Below, one piece after another: positions 37,773-46,480 of a stretch of DNA of 64,000 bases (positions are counted from its first letter, which is position 1; every line of letters begins with the position of its first letter). Under the pieces are notes generated by a model, which made no database searches, was not told the DNA's origin, and saw only the letters and a program-made list of their open reading frames with translations. The stretch spans positions 204,994 to 268,993 of the forward strand of contig JBBIJF010000002.1 of the NCBI GenBank assembly GCA_037446115.1, given 5' to 3'. The translations under genes and the position numbers were made by a program. The DNA is from Acidobacteriota bacterium. GTDB lineage: Bacteria > Acidobacteriota > Terriglobia > Bryobacterales > Bryobacteraceae.

Positions 37773-39101
37773 TCAGAGAATCTCTTCGAAGCGCGGATCC
37801 CAGCGAACCTTGCGCCCGCGCTTGAAGGACTCAACCGACATGACGATCGTGACGGCTTCTTCGAAGGCGCGGTCCACGCCGCAGCGAGGCGTCTGGCGGC
37901 TCCGCACACAGTCGAAGAAATCTTCCATGTGGCTGGAGACTTTGACTTCGTCCGGACCCATGGAGTAGTCCGGCGGCACCACGGCGTCCTGCGGCTGCAG
38001 ACCGAGCTGGCGTGCCGCCTGTACGGCGGCGGCCCGTTTCTGCTGGAACTCCGGCTTCCATTCGGCCCCGTAGGTGCGGCAGAAGCGCGGCGAGACCTCC
38101 AGCGTCTGGTCCCGTCCCAGAATCTGCGTGACTTCGCCGTTGTGCGTGTTGTGGAAGGTGCAGCCGAAGGTGATCGCCAGTTCCCGGCTCGGGTAATCAA
38201 ACAGTACGTGCCACATGTCGGGAACATTCCGGTCGCCCTTCCAGAAGTACGTGCCTCCTTGCGTCATGGCGGTCTCCGGGATGCCCATGCCGATGATCAT
38301 GTTGACGCCGTCCCAGACGTGGCTCATCAGATCGCCTGCGATCCCGGTGCCGTAGTCCCACCAGCAACGCCAGGTGAAGAAACGTTCGGCGTCAAACGGA
38401 TGGTACGGGGCGTTTCGGATGAAGCGGTCCCAATCGATCGTGTCCGGATTGGCCTCCTTGGGCAGCTGCGTGATGTTGTAGGCGGTGTAAAACTTCCACT
38501 CGGGGGTATCGCGCGTGCGATCAATGTAAGTCCGCACCAGAGTGACCTTGCCGAGCTGCCCGGAGCGATAGATCTCCCGGGCCTTGTGGTAAGCCGGCAG
38601 GCTGTTATACTGGTGGCCGAGTTGCATGACGACGCGGGCGGATTTGACGGCGTCGCGCATCCTCTTGGCGTCTTCCAGTTTCGTGCACCAGCCTTTTTCC
38701 ACGTAGATGTCCTTGCGCGCCTGGGCGGCGGCGATCACCTGGGGCGCGTGCCAGAAATCCGGCGTGGCGATGATGACAACGTCAATGTCGGGATCCGCCA
38801 CGGCTTTCTCCCAGTCTTTCACGATCCGCACCCTGGAATTCTTCGTCTGCTTCCGGGCGCGCTCGATATTGGGTTCGTAAAGATCGCAGATGATGCGGAT
38901 TTCCGTGTTCGCTACGTCCTGCGCCTCCCGCAGGAGCTGAATTCCCCGAGTACCGACGCCGATGACCGCCACGCCGAGAACACTGGCCGGGCTGCGCTGG
39001 GCAAAAACGGCGGGAGCGTTTTGAAGGATCGCGGCGCCGGCGCCGGCAGCTGCGATGTCCTTGAAAAAAGATCTGCGCGAGCGGGAGTTGGGATGGCTCA
39101 T
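37773..39101 (-). CDS. Gfo/Idh/MocA-family NAD(P)-dependent oxidoreductase with Tat signal
   Basis: MSHPNSRSRRSFFKDIAAAGAGAA Tat motif; Rossmann GVAVIGVGTRG; AGGAGG RBS before ATG 39099-39101. Confidence 0.8.
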   Translation of the reverse strand: MSHPNSRSRRSFFKDIAAAGAGAAILQNAPAVFAQRSPASVLGVAVIGVGTRGIQLLREAQDVANTEIRIICDLYEPNIERARKQTKNSRVRIVKDWEKAVADPDIDVVIIATPDFWHAPQVIAAAQARKDIYVEKGWCTKLEDAKRMRDAVKSARVVMQLGHQYNSLPAYHKAREIYRSGQLGKVTLVRTYIDRTRDTPEWKFYTAYNITQLPKEANPDTIDWDRFIRNAPYHPFDAERFFTWRCWWDYGTGIAGDLMSHVWDGVNMIIGMGIPETAMTQGGTYFWKGDRNVPDMWHVLFDYPSRELAITFGCTFHNTHNGEVTQILGRDQTLEVSPRFCRTYGAEWKPEFQQKRAAAVQAARQLGLQPQDAVVPPDYSMGPDEVKVSSHMEDFFDCVRSRQTPRCGVDRAFEEAVTIVMSVESFKRGRKVRWDPRFEEIL

Positions 39102-39272
39102 CGGACCTCCTGATTCCAAATCAGTGTGAACTCCGCTTCCGATATTACGCCACAATGGAAGGAGTCTGCCGGGCAGGCGGCGCCGCCTCGGGGTCGTTGT
39201 CGCCGAAGACCCCGTTTCCAGGCGTAACTTCCATAAGTCCGCAGACGAATACGTGGCTACGGAGGCACACCG

Positions 39273-39845
39273 ATGACACTGTGGCTGTGGTTGGGCGTGG
39301 CGCTGGCCGCTCAGTTCGGTCCGAAGGACCAGCGCGCACTGCCGCCGTTCGACCTCGAGCGCGTGCGTCCCGGAGAGGTCGCCCCCGATTTCACCTTGCC
39401 CGCGGCAAACGGCAAACCCGTGAGCCTGTCGGATTACCGCGGCAAGAACGTCGTGCTCGTATTCTACCGGGGTTATTGGTGACCTTACTGCACGGCGCAA
39501 CTGGTCGAGTTGCACAAGCTCCTGCCGGAGCAACGAAAGGCCGACACGGTCATCCTCGCCGTAAGCCCGGACCCCCTGGACAAAATCGGCCAGATGGCGG
39601 CGAAGGTGGAACAGCAATCCGGCGTCAAGTTTGCGATCACACTCTTGAGCGACGCCGACCACCGCGTGATTGACCGTTACGGGCTGTTGAACGAAACCGC
39701 GGCAAAGCAGAACCGTTTTCTTCCCCACCCGACCACGTACGTCATTGACCGCGAGGGCGTGGTCCGGTGGAAATTCACGGAGAAGGACTACCGGATCCGT
39801 CCGACCAATGAAATGATCCTCCGCGAGCTCGACAAACTCCGGTAA
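39273..39845 (+). CDS. periplasmic TlpA/redoxin-family thiol:disulfide oxidoreductase, candidate selenoprotein (in-frame TGA at 39480-39482 at the first Cys of the W-C-x-x-C active site)
   Basis: GGAGG RBS, signal peptide MTLWLWLGVALAAQF; ...VVLVFYRGYW-TGA-PYCTAQLVELHK... then ...PTTYVIDREGVVRWKF; both halves in one frame, combined length 190 aa. Confidence 0.65.
39483..39520 (+). promoter_or_regulatory. candidate SECIS hairpin (stem GCAAC/GUUGC, apical loop UGGUCGA containing GGUC) 14 nt downstream of the in-frame UGA
   Basis: 5-bp stem 39497-39501/39509-39513 plus flanking G-C pair; loop carries the GGU(C) found at the apex of E. coli fdhF-type SECIS. Confidence 0.45.
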
Positions 39846-39880
39846 CCCCGGAACGCTCGGCGCAGCTATAATCACAGGGC

Positions 39881-40660
39881 ATGACGCGGCGGGGCTTTCT
39901 GCTCGCACCCAGTGCGGCGGCGCTGGGGTGGACTCAGACAAGGACGCGGTTCCCGACGGAGGTCGCGCGCAAAGTCGAGCTCGCCTTTCCCACTCCGGGC
40001 CCGCAGCCGAACGGCTTGCAGGCCACACCCGGCGGGCTGTGGATTCTGGATCAGAAGACCAACCGGGCTTCCCTGGTCTCCTACGAAGACGGCCGCCCGC
40101 TGCGGGAGATCGAAACGGAATCCGACCGCGGCAGCGGGATCACTTTTGACGGCGAAGCGCTTTGGATTGCCTCGACCTACGATGCTCTGCTGCTGCGTGT
40201 GGATCCGGGCTCGGGACGTACTTTGAAGAAACTGCCGGCGCCGGGCGCCGGTGTGGTGAAGTGGGGAACGCGCGGCTCGAATCCCGCGGTCACGGGCGCC
40301 CACGGACTGGAATTTCGCCGCAACCAACTGTGGGTGGCCGTGCCGCCCGCCGTCACGATCTATGTCCTTCATCCGGAGGACGGATCCGTGCTGCGCTCCT
40401 TTGCGGCGCCCGGCGTGAGGCCCCACGGGCTCGGCTGGGATCCCGACGGAGCGCTGTGGTGCGCGGAAAGCAATTACCGGGCTTTTTTCAAGATCGCCCC
40501 CGCCTCGGGCCGAATCCTGAGACAGATCTTGCTGCCTGCCGCCGAGCCCGAGGTGAACGGTGCGGTCGTCGTACCGCACGGGATGACGGTGTGGAACCGC
40601 CAGATCTGGTTCTGCGTGGCCGAGACGGCGCAGGTGTACCGCCTGCCACTGGAGGGCTGA
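39881..40660 (+). CDS. Tat-exported beta-propeller protein (glutamine-cyclotransferase/NHL-like repeats)
   Basis: MTRRGFLLAPSAAALG Tat motif; repeated GxxxD/W blades (GGLWILDQ, GEALWIAST, RNQLWVAV, DGALWCAES, NRQIWFCV). Confidence 0.5.
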   Translation: MTRRGFLLAPSAAALGWTQTRTRFPTEVARKVELAFPTPGPQPNGLQATPGGLWILDQKTNRASLVSYEDGRPLREIETESDRGSGITFDGEALWIASTYDALLLRVDPGSGRTLKKLPAPGAGVVKWGTRGSNPAVTGAHGLEFRRNQLWVAVPPAVTIYVLHPEDGSVLRSFAAPGVRPHGLGWDPDGALWCAESNYRAFFKIAPASGRILRQILLPAAEPEVNGAVVVPHGMTVWNRQIWFCVAETAQVYRLPLEG

Positions 40661-40702
40661 GCGCCCCGCGAAACGGATTCCAGGGGCCAAAAGGAGGACG
40701 CG

Positions 40703-41704
40703 ATGAAACCCTGGCTGCTGATGGCGCTGGTTCCGGCCGCCGCCGGAGCCGCAGAAACGCATCACGTCGTGGCGCAGGTCTACTACCACACCTTTTCGCG
40801 CTCCCATCCGGTGCTGCGCAAAATCCGGCCGGGCGATATCGTCGTGACGCGGACGATTGACGCCTTCGGCATTGACGAACGCGACCTCCAGCGCGCGGCG
40901 CCATCCAATCCCCTCACGGGGCCTTTCTACATCGAAGGCGCCGAGCCGGGAGACGCCCTCTACATCCGGTTCCGCAAAATCCGGATGAACCGCAGGTGGG
41001 GCTGGAGCGCGTATCGCCTGGGACTGTTTGCGCTGACGCCCGACTACGTGGAGTCCGTTTACTCGAAACGCTACAAGCCGGATTTGGTCTACAAAGGCAG
41101 GGACGATCTGGTTCCGTGGGATCTCGATCCGGAACGAAATCTGGTGAGGCTCCGGGAGCCGGTGAGCCGCCGCATCCGGCTGGAATTCCCGGCCAGGCCC
41201 ATGCTGGGATGTGTGGGGGTGGCGCCCGAAGGGGACTTCGCCCCGACCTCGCGGCCCTCCGGAGCCTACGGAGGGAACTTGGACTACAACGAAATTACCG
41301 AAGGTGCGACGGTCATCCTGCCCGTCTACCATCCCGGCGCGCTGCTGTTTCTCGGCGACGGTCACGCGCTGCAGGCCGATGGGGAGCCCTCCGGCACCGG
41401 CGTCGAGACGTCCATGGACGTCGAGTTCACGACCGAAGTGCGCAAGAGAGCGGATCTGGCCGGGCCGCGAGTGGAGACCGCGGAGGAGATCATCAGCATC
41501 GGCAGCCAGCCCGAGTTCGCCAGTTCCCTCGACCGCGCCCTCCAGATCGCCACCACGGACATGGTGCGGTGGCTGGTTTCCGACTACCGCCTGGAACCCT
41601 GGGCGGCGCACCTGTTGATCGCATACCAGGGCCGCTATCAGGTCATCACCGCGGCAGGCTCCATGGCGCTGAAGATACCGAAACGCTACCTTCCCAAGGA
41701 CTGA
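40703..41704 (+). CDS. acetamidase/formamidase (FmdA_AmdA) family protein with signal peptide
   Basis: TGPFYIEGAEPGDAL, GGNLDYNEITEGATVILPV..., GDGHALQADGE family signatures. Confidence 0.8.
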   Translation: MKPWLLMALVPAAAGAAETHHVVAQVYYHTFSRSHPVLRKIRPGDIVVTRTIDAFGIDERDLQRAAPSNPLTGPFYIEGAEPGDALYIRFRKIRMNRRWGWSAYRLGLFALTPDYVESVYSKRYKPDLVYKGRDDLVPWDLDPERNLVRLREPVSRRIRLEFPARPMLGCVGVAPEGDFAPTSRPSGAYGGNLDYNEITEGATVILPVYHPGALLFLGDGHALQADGEPSGTGVETSMDVEFTTEVRKRADLAGPRVETAEEIISIGSQPEFASSLDRALQIATTDMVRWLVSDYRLEPWAAHLLIAYQGRYQVITAAGSMALKIPKRYLPKD

Positions 41705-41752
41705 AGTGGCGTCATTTCGCAAAGCGGAGACGCGGCAGTCGGATCCCGGTGC

Positions 41753-41938
41753 CTACCGCAGGATGCGGGCCGGGAGCAAAAACAGAGCGCGGATCAGCTC
41801 GAAGACACTTGTCACCACGATCCCAAGCAGCCGGAAGGGCAACAGCAGGACCCAGATAAGGGGATAAACGAGCAGCGCCGCGATGGCCAGGGGCCAGCAC
41901 AACACCAGCAGGATGCAAAATAGCAGCAATTTCACCAT
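41753..41938 (-). CDS. possible small hydrophobic membrane protein (61 aa)
   Basis: MVKLLLFCILLVLCWPLAIAALLVYPLIWVLLLPFRLL...; low-GC, only hydrophobicity support. Confidence 0.3.
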   Translation of the reverse strand: MVKLLLFCILLVLCWPLAIAALLVYPLIWVLLLPFRLLGIVVTSVFELIRALFLLPARILR

Positions 41939-42055
41939 CCGCGCACCCGCTTAAGAAGTACGCAAGGAGCCGCGAAACGTTCCTCTTTTTTGCCGCACAC
42001 CCCGGGCGGCGCCAGGCGGTAATTCGCGGTTCACCGCACCTGCGGCGTCCGGGCG

Positions 42056-43993
42056 TCAACCACGACCACGCCGGCGCCCCGGCACGGACATCAGACAGGC
42101 CGCCAGACCGGCGAGCCAAGCCGCCCATGCTGCCGCGCGAGCCAGCCGCATCGGGCGCCCTCCGTCGTAAATGAGCTCGACACGGCAGGCTCCCGAACAG
42201 TTCGGTTCCACGACGATCTGCCCGAGGGGATCGCCATAGAGGCGCACGGGGCGGCCGCCGGCGATGGCGCGCCAGCCGGGATGGTAACTGATCTGAACCG
42301 ACAGCACTTGGTCCGGGGTGAGTTCGGCCGCAATCACGGCCGCATGCCGGCTGGTCCACGCAAATTGCGCCTCCCCTCGCAGCGGATCCTCCAGAGCGGA
42401 GACGTAGGCGCGTATGGGTTCCACGTCCAGGCCGTGGAGCGGCGCACGCGGCGGCAGATCGGCCCGGCGCATCGCGTGCGCCAGGGATTTCCGCGGCCGC
42501 CCCAGATCGTAAACGGTCATGCCGTCCAGACGCGCCGCCTCGTTTAGCAGCCCTTCGAATTTCCGCGGATTCCGAAAGGGTTTGTAAATCTCGCGGCTGT
42601 CCGGCCCGCTCACCGCCACCAGGTCCACGCCGTAGGCCTTCAGCCACAGCACCGCAACCTCGCCTTCGCGCGAGCCGGCGCCATCGCCCGAAAGAATCTG
42701 GTAGCGCACATGAGGCGACAGCGGATTGACGGCCCCTTGATCGAAACCGCCTGCCAGTTGCGGCGTGTCTGTGAAGGCGTTGAGGAAAAAGCCGACGGAA
42801 CCCGGAACCATCACGCGGCCCCCGGCGGCGTTGCGTTCCAACCAGTGTGCCACGCGGTACTCGATCGTCTGCTCGATCGCCACGGGACGGATCATCCGCC
42901 GGGCATAGCGCTCATACCGGACGAAAGCGTACCCGCATGCGACGATCACGGCGCAGACCGCCCCGATGCGTCGGGAGCGGGGCAGGCGGGACCAGAAGGT
43001 TGCCAAAACCAGAGCAGCCAGGAGCGCCAGCGCCATCTCCATCTCGAGGTGATAGCGCTCGGGCTGCGGAACGGCCCGCAGGCCGGCCCAGTATGACGCC
43101 AGCGGAACCCCGCAGGCGGGCAGGGCGAATAGCAACGCGAAGGCGGCCGCTTCCGAGCAGCGTCGGCGGCGACACCACCACCGCAGAAAGAATCCAGCCG
43201 CCACCAGGCAGGCCCCAAACAGCCAGCGGTTCGCCGAAAGCTCGCCGCTCAGCCAGCGCTCCCCGTGGCGGATCGTGCGGATCGTGGACGGAGGAATCCA
43301 GGAGCACGCCAGTGCGTAGGCCCAGACCGCCACGCCGGAAGCCAGGGCCCACCGCCGCCAGGAGCCGTCGGCTTGTGCGAGCAACCACGCAAAGGCGCCC
43401 GCCGCCAGCGCCGCCGCTCCCAGCCAGTTCGTCAGCGCAACCGCGGCCAGTCCGGTAGCTGCCGCAAACCCGCGCGCCGCGCCTGGCCGCCGCAGCGCAG
43501 ACATCAGCAACAGCAAGGCGGCGGGAATCAGGGCCATCGCAACCAGGTGCGGTCCCTCGCCGTACTGAACCAGGGCCTGCAAGCGCCGCGCGTGCCACAC
43601 GCTTCCCGCGTCCTGGCGCACCGCAGCCGCCAGCCAGCAGGAGGGCGAAAACAGCGAGTACATCAGTCCCGCCGCCAGCGCCGGCCACAGCGCGCGATAC
43701 AGCACCAGCGCCAGCCAGAACAGCGTGACCGGACCGGCGGCGTAAGACACAGCCGCCAGAATGTGGTAGGCCCGAGCAGGCGCCAGTCCGGTTAGCGCGG
43801 ACAGCCCGCCTGCGACGAGCGGGACCAGGGGCGGATACGTGTTCTCGAACGGAATCCCGCCGTACCACAAGGGGAACCAGGTCAGGTCGCCCCGGTTGCG
43901 CGCCACCCAGCGCGCCAGGGCGATGTGCGTGCCTTCGATGGAACCCATCTGATCGAGCCACTCGATCCACAGCAGATTCCGGACGATCCACAT
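42056..43993 (-). CDS. large polytopic membrane protein with C-terminal periplasmic domain (glycosyltransferase-like/DUF-type), start uncertain
   Basis: >10 predicted TM helices, Trp/Ala-rich; start placed at ATG 43991-43993 to avoid divergent overlap with glpD (ORF open to 44278). Confidence 0.45.
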   Translation of the reverse strand: MWIVRNLLWIEWLDQMGSIEGTHIALARWVARNRGDLTWFPLWYGGIPFENTYPPLVPLVAGGLSALTGLAPARAYHILAAVSYAAGPVTLFWLALVLYRALWPALAAGLMYSLFSPSCWLAAAVRQDAGSVWHARRLQALVQYGEGPHLVAMALIPAALLLLMSALRRPGAARGFAAATGLAAVALTNWLGAAALAAGAFAWLLAQADGSWRRWALASGVAVWAYALACSWIPPSTIRTIRHGERWLSGELSANRWLFGACLVAAGFFLRWWCRRRRCSEAAAFALLFALPACGVPLASYWAGLRAVPQPERYHLEMEMALALLAALVLATFWSRLPRSRRIGAVCAVIVACGYAFVRYERYARRMIRPVAIEQTIEYRVAHWLERNAAGGRVMVPGSVGFFLNAFTDTPQLAGGFDQGAVNPLSPHVRYQILSGDGAGSREGEVAVLWLKAYGVDLVAVSGPDSREIYKPFRNPRKFEGLLNEAARLDGMTVYDLGRPRKSLAHAMRRADLPPRAPLHGLDVEPIRAYVSALEDPLRGEAQFAWTSRHAAVIAAELTPDQVLSVQISYHPGWRAIAGGRPVRLYGDPLGQIVVEPNCSGACRVELIYDGGRPMRLARAAAWAAWLAGLAACLMSVPGRRRGRG

Positions 43994-44087
43994 GTTGAGG
44001 AAAAACAGAAACAGCGAAGCGGCGAGCGGGCGGATCTTCGGCGACAACGCCCGATTATAGTCCCGGCCGCCGTCTACACTGAAAGCG

Positions 44088-45536
44088 ATGGGACCCGAGG
44101 ACCGGCGGCGGAACATCGAGCGGCTGAAAAAGGAAACGTTCGATGTGCTCATCCTCGGCGGCGGCATCAACGGCGCGGGCGTGGCCCGCGACCTCATGCT
44201 GCGTGCCGCCGCCAACGGCGTTTCTCTCACCGTCGGACTCCTCGAGCAGCGCCATTTCGCCTCGGGAACCAGCAGCAAGAACTCGCAGCTGATTCACGGC
44301 GGCTTGCGGTACCTCAAGTACCTGAAGTTCGGCCTGGTGCGCGAGAGCCTGCGCGAGCGGCAGCGGCTGTTGCGCATGGCGCCCCATCTGGTCGAGCCGC
44401 TGCCCTTCTTGCTGCCCATGTACGGCTGGCGACGGCGGCTGTTCTACGAAGCTGGCCTGCGCCTTTACGACGCCCTGGCAGGGGCCGCGCAGGTAGGCGA
44501 GCGCCGCAGCCTGTCCCCCGACGACGTAGCCGCCCTCGAGCCGGAACTCGTGCGCGACGGCCTTGCCGGCGGCGCGATCTTTTACGACTGCCGCGTACGT
44601 GCGGCGCGCTTTGTGCTGGAGAACGTTCTGGACGCGGCCCGGCGAGGCGCCGCGGTCGCCAATTACGTGCGGGCCGGAGATTTCGATCGCGAAGGCCGTC
44701 TCTGGCGCGTGGCAGTCACTGAGATGCTCACCGGCGAACGGTTCGAGGTGCGGGCGCGCCTCATTGTGGACGCGCGGGGCCCCTGGTCCGGTGAGGGCGT
44801 GCGCCTGGTGCGCGGGTCGCATCTGGTGTTGCCCAGGATCACGTCCGGCCGGCGCGCCATTGCGCACTTCGACGAGCAGGGCCGGATCCTCTTCTTCATC
44901 CCCTGGGGCGCTCGGGGCGAACTCACGCTGGTCGGCACCACGGATGTAGAGCATACGACCGGACCGGAGGAAGTGCGCATCTCGGCCCAGGAGTGGGAGT
45001 ACTTGACGGGCGCCGTGCGCCGGCTGTTCCCGCGCGCGGCCGGCCTGGCACCCGTCTCCGCCTACAGCTCGCTGCGGCCTCTGGTCGCGCGCGGTCGCGG
45101 CTCCCCCACCGCGGCCAGTCGCGAGCACCGCATCTGGGCATCGCCGGAGGACCTCATCCACATCGCAGGCGGCAAGTACACCACTTACCGGCTGATGAGC
45201 GAGCAGGCGGCCGATCTGGCCTGCCGCCGCGTGGCGCCCACCCTGGCCGGCGTGCACGTCACCGAGAATGCGCCGTTGCCGTCGCCGCTTGCGCCACCCA
45301 TCGAGGAGCTCCCGCTCGAACAGCAGGCCGCGCGCGCCGTCGACTGCGAGATGGCCCAGCGGCTCGTGGATCTGCTCTTCGTTTCCACCTACGCCGGTTA
45401 CGAACGCCGCTGGGACCGCGATTCGCTCGAGCCATGGGCCGCGGCCATGGGCAGGCGGCTGGACTGGGACGCCCCGAGGGTGGAGGAAGAGATCGCGCTG
45501 GCGCTCCGCGTGGCGAACGTGGGTCTCCGGCCGTGA
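44088..45536 (+). CDS. glpD: FAD-dependent glycerol-3-phosphate dehydrogenase
   Basis: FDVLILGGGINGAG dinucleotide fold, SSKNSQLIHGGLRYL, C-terminal GKYTTYRLMSE. Confidence 0.8.
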   Translation: MGPEDRRRNIERLKKETFDVLILGGGINGAGVARDLMLRAAANGVSLTVGLLEQRHFASGTSSKNSQLIHGGLRYLKYLKFGLVRESLRERQRLLRMAPHLVEPLPFLLPMYGWRRRLFYEAGLRLYDALAGAAQVGERRSLSPDDVAALEPELVRDGLAGGAIFYDCRVRAARFVLENVLDAARRGAAVANYVRAGDFDREGRLWRVAVTEMLTGERFEVRARLIVDARGPWSGEGVRLVRGSHLVLPRITSGRRAIAHFDEQGRILFFIPWGARGELTLVGTTDVEHTTGPEEVRISAQEWEYLTGAVRRLFPRAAGLAPVSAYSSLRPLVARGRGSPTAASREHRIWASPEDLIHIAGGKYTTYRLMSEQAADLACRRVAPTLAGVHVTENAPLPSPLAPPIEELPLEQQAARAVDCEMAQRLVDLLFVSTYAGYERRWDRDSLEPWAAAMGRRLDWDAPRVEEEIALALRVANVGLRP

Positions 45537-46402
45537 AGCCGCGCCAGTTGTTCCGGCTGCTGCGCGGTTGCGTGACGCGTGCCTGGGAGCATAACGCCTT
45601 CGGTGTCGCCAAGGGCGCCACCTATTCGGCCCTGCTGGCGTTTTTTCCTCTCCTCACAGCCACGGCGGCGGTGCTGGTCCAGATTCGCGCCGAGCCGGTC
45701 ACGCGCGTGCTGTCGCGGGCCCTTTCCCGCGTGCTCCCGCCCGGAACCGAACAGCTCGCTCTGGACTATTTCCGCGTGCACGGCCAGCGGCCCAACGAAC
45801 TACTGATCGTCGCCTCCGTGGTCTCGGTGTGGGCCGCGTCCCGGGTGATGACGAGTCTGATGGAGGGATTCAACGCCGCCTATGGCGTCGCCGTCGAGCG
45901 CCCGTTTCTGCGGCAGCAGGCGATGGCGATTTTACTCGTCTTTGCGGCCATTGTCCCGGCGTTGGTGGCTTCGGTCGTCATTCTCCTCGGCGCCCGCACC
46001 GAGCAGATGCTGATCGGATGGCTCGGGCTCGTGCCCGCGGGCCAGATGTTCGAGGACTGGGTGGCGTGGGCAGGCACGGCCTCTCGCTACGGGATTGCTT
46101 TCGGGACGACCGTACTGGTCACCGCCCTCCTGTACAAGCTCGGCCCGAATCGCCCGCAGCGGTGGCGCTGGGTGTGGCCGGGAGCGCTGCTGGCAACGCT
46201 GCTGTGGCTGGCCGCCACAATGGTGTTTTCCTGGTACGTGCGCAACATCGCGGATTACAACATCCTCTACGGCTCCATCGGCGCCGTCATCGCCCTGATG
46301 ATCTGGATGTACGTGCTTGCAGTGGTGGCGCTGCTCGGCTGTGAGTTCAATGCCGAATATGAGCGCCTCCTCCGGCAGCGGCGCCGGCCGCAGCCGCGGT
46401 GA
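45533..46402 (+). CDS. YihY/BrkB-family membrane protein
   Basis: GTG start overlapping glpD stop; six TM helices; ...NILYGSIGAVIALMIWMYVLA... family core. Confidence 0.7.
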   Translation: MKPRQLFRLLRGCVTRAWEHNAFGVAKGATYSALLAFFPLLTATAAVLVQIRAEPVTRVLSRALSRVLPPGTEQLALDYFRVHGQRPNELLIVASVVSVWAASRVMTSLMEGFNAAYGVAVERPFLRQQAMAILLVFAAIVPALVASVVILLGARTEQMLIGWLGLVPAGQMFEDWVAWAGTASRYGIAFGTTVLVTALLYKLGPNRPQRWRWVWPGALLATLLWLAATMVFSWYVRNIADYNILYGSIGAVIALMIWMYVLAVVALLGCEFNAEYERLLRQRRRPQPR

Positions 46403-46480
46403 CCCCCGTGCGTGATTCCGCCCTCTCCGCGATCTCGCCGTCTGCGAGTTTTCGCCCGGGCCCGGCACTAATGTATTGAG

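Noticed and set aside
39872-41722. 616-aa minus-strand ORF
   Set aside because: Antisense to the Tat beta-propeller and formamidase genes. Arg-rich artefact.
42912-43991. 359-aa minus-strand ORF in a second frame
   Set aside because: Same strand but out of frame with the TM-rich 42056..43993 gene. Arg/Gly-rich rather than hydrophobic.
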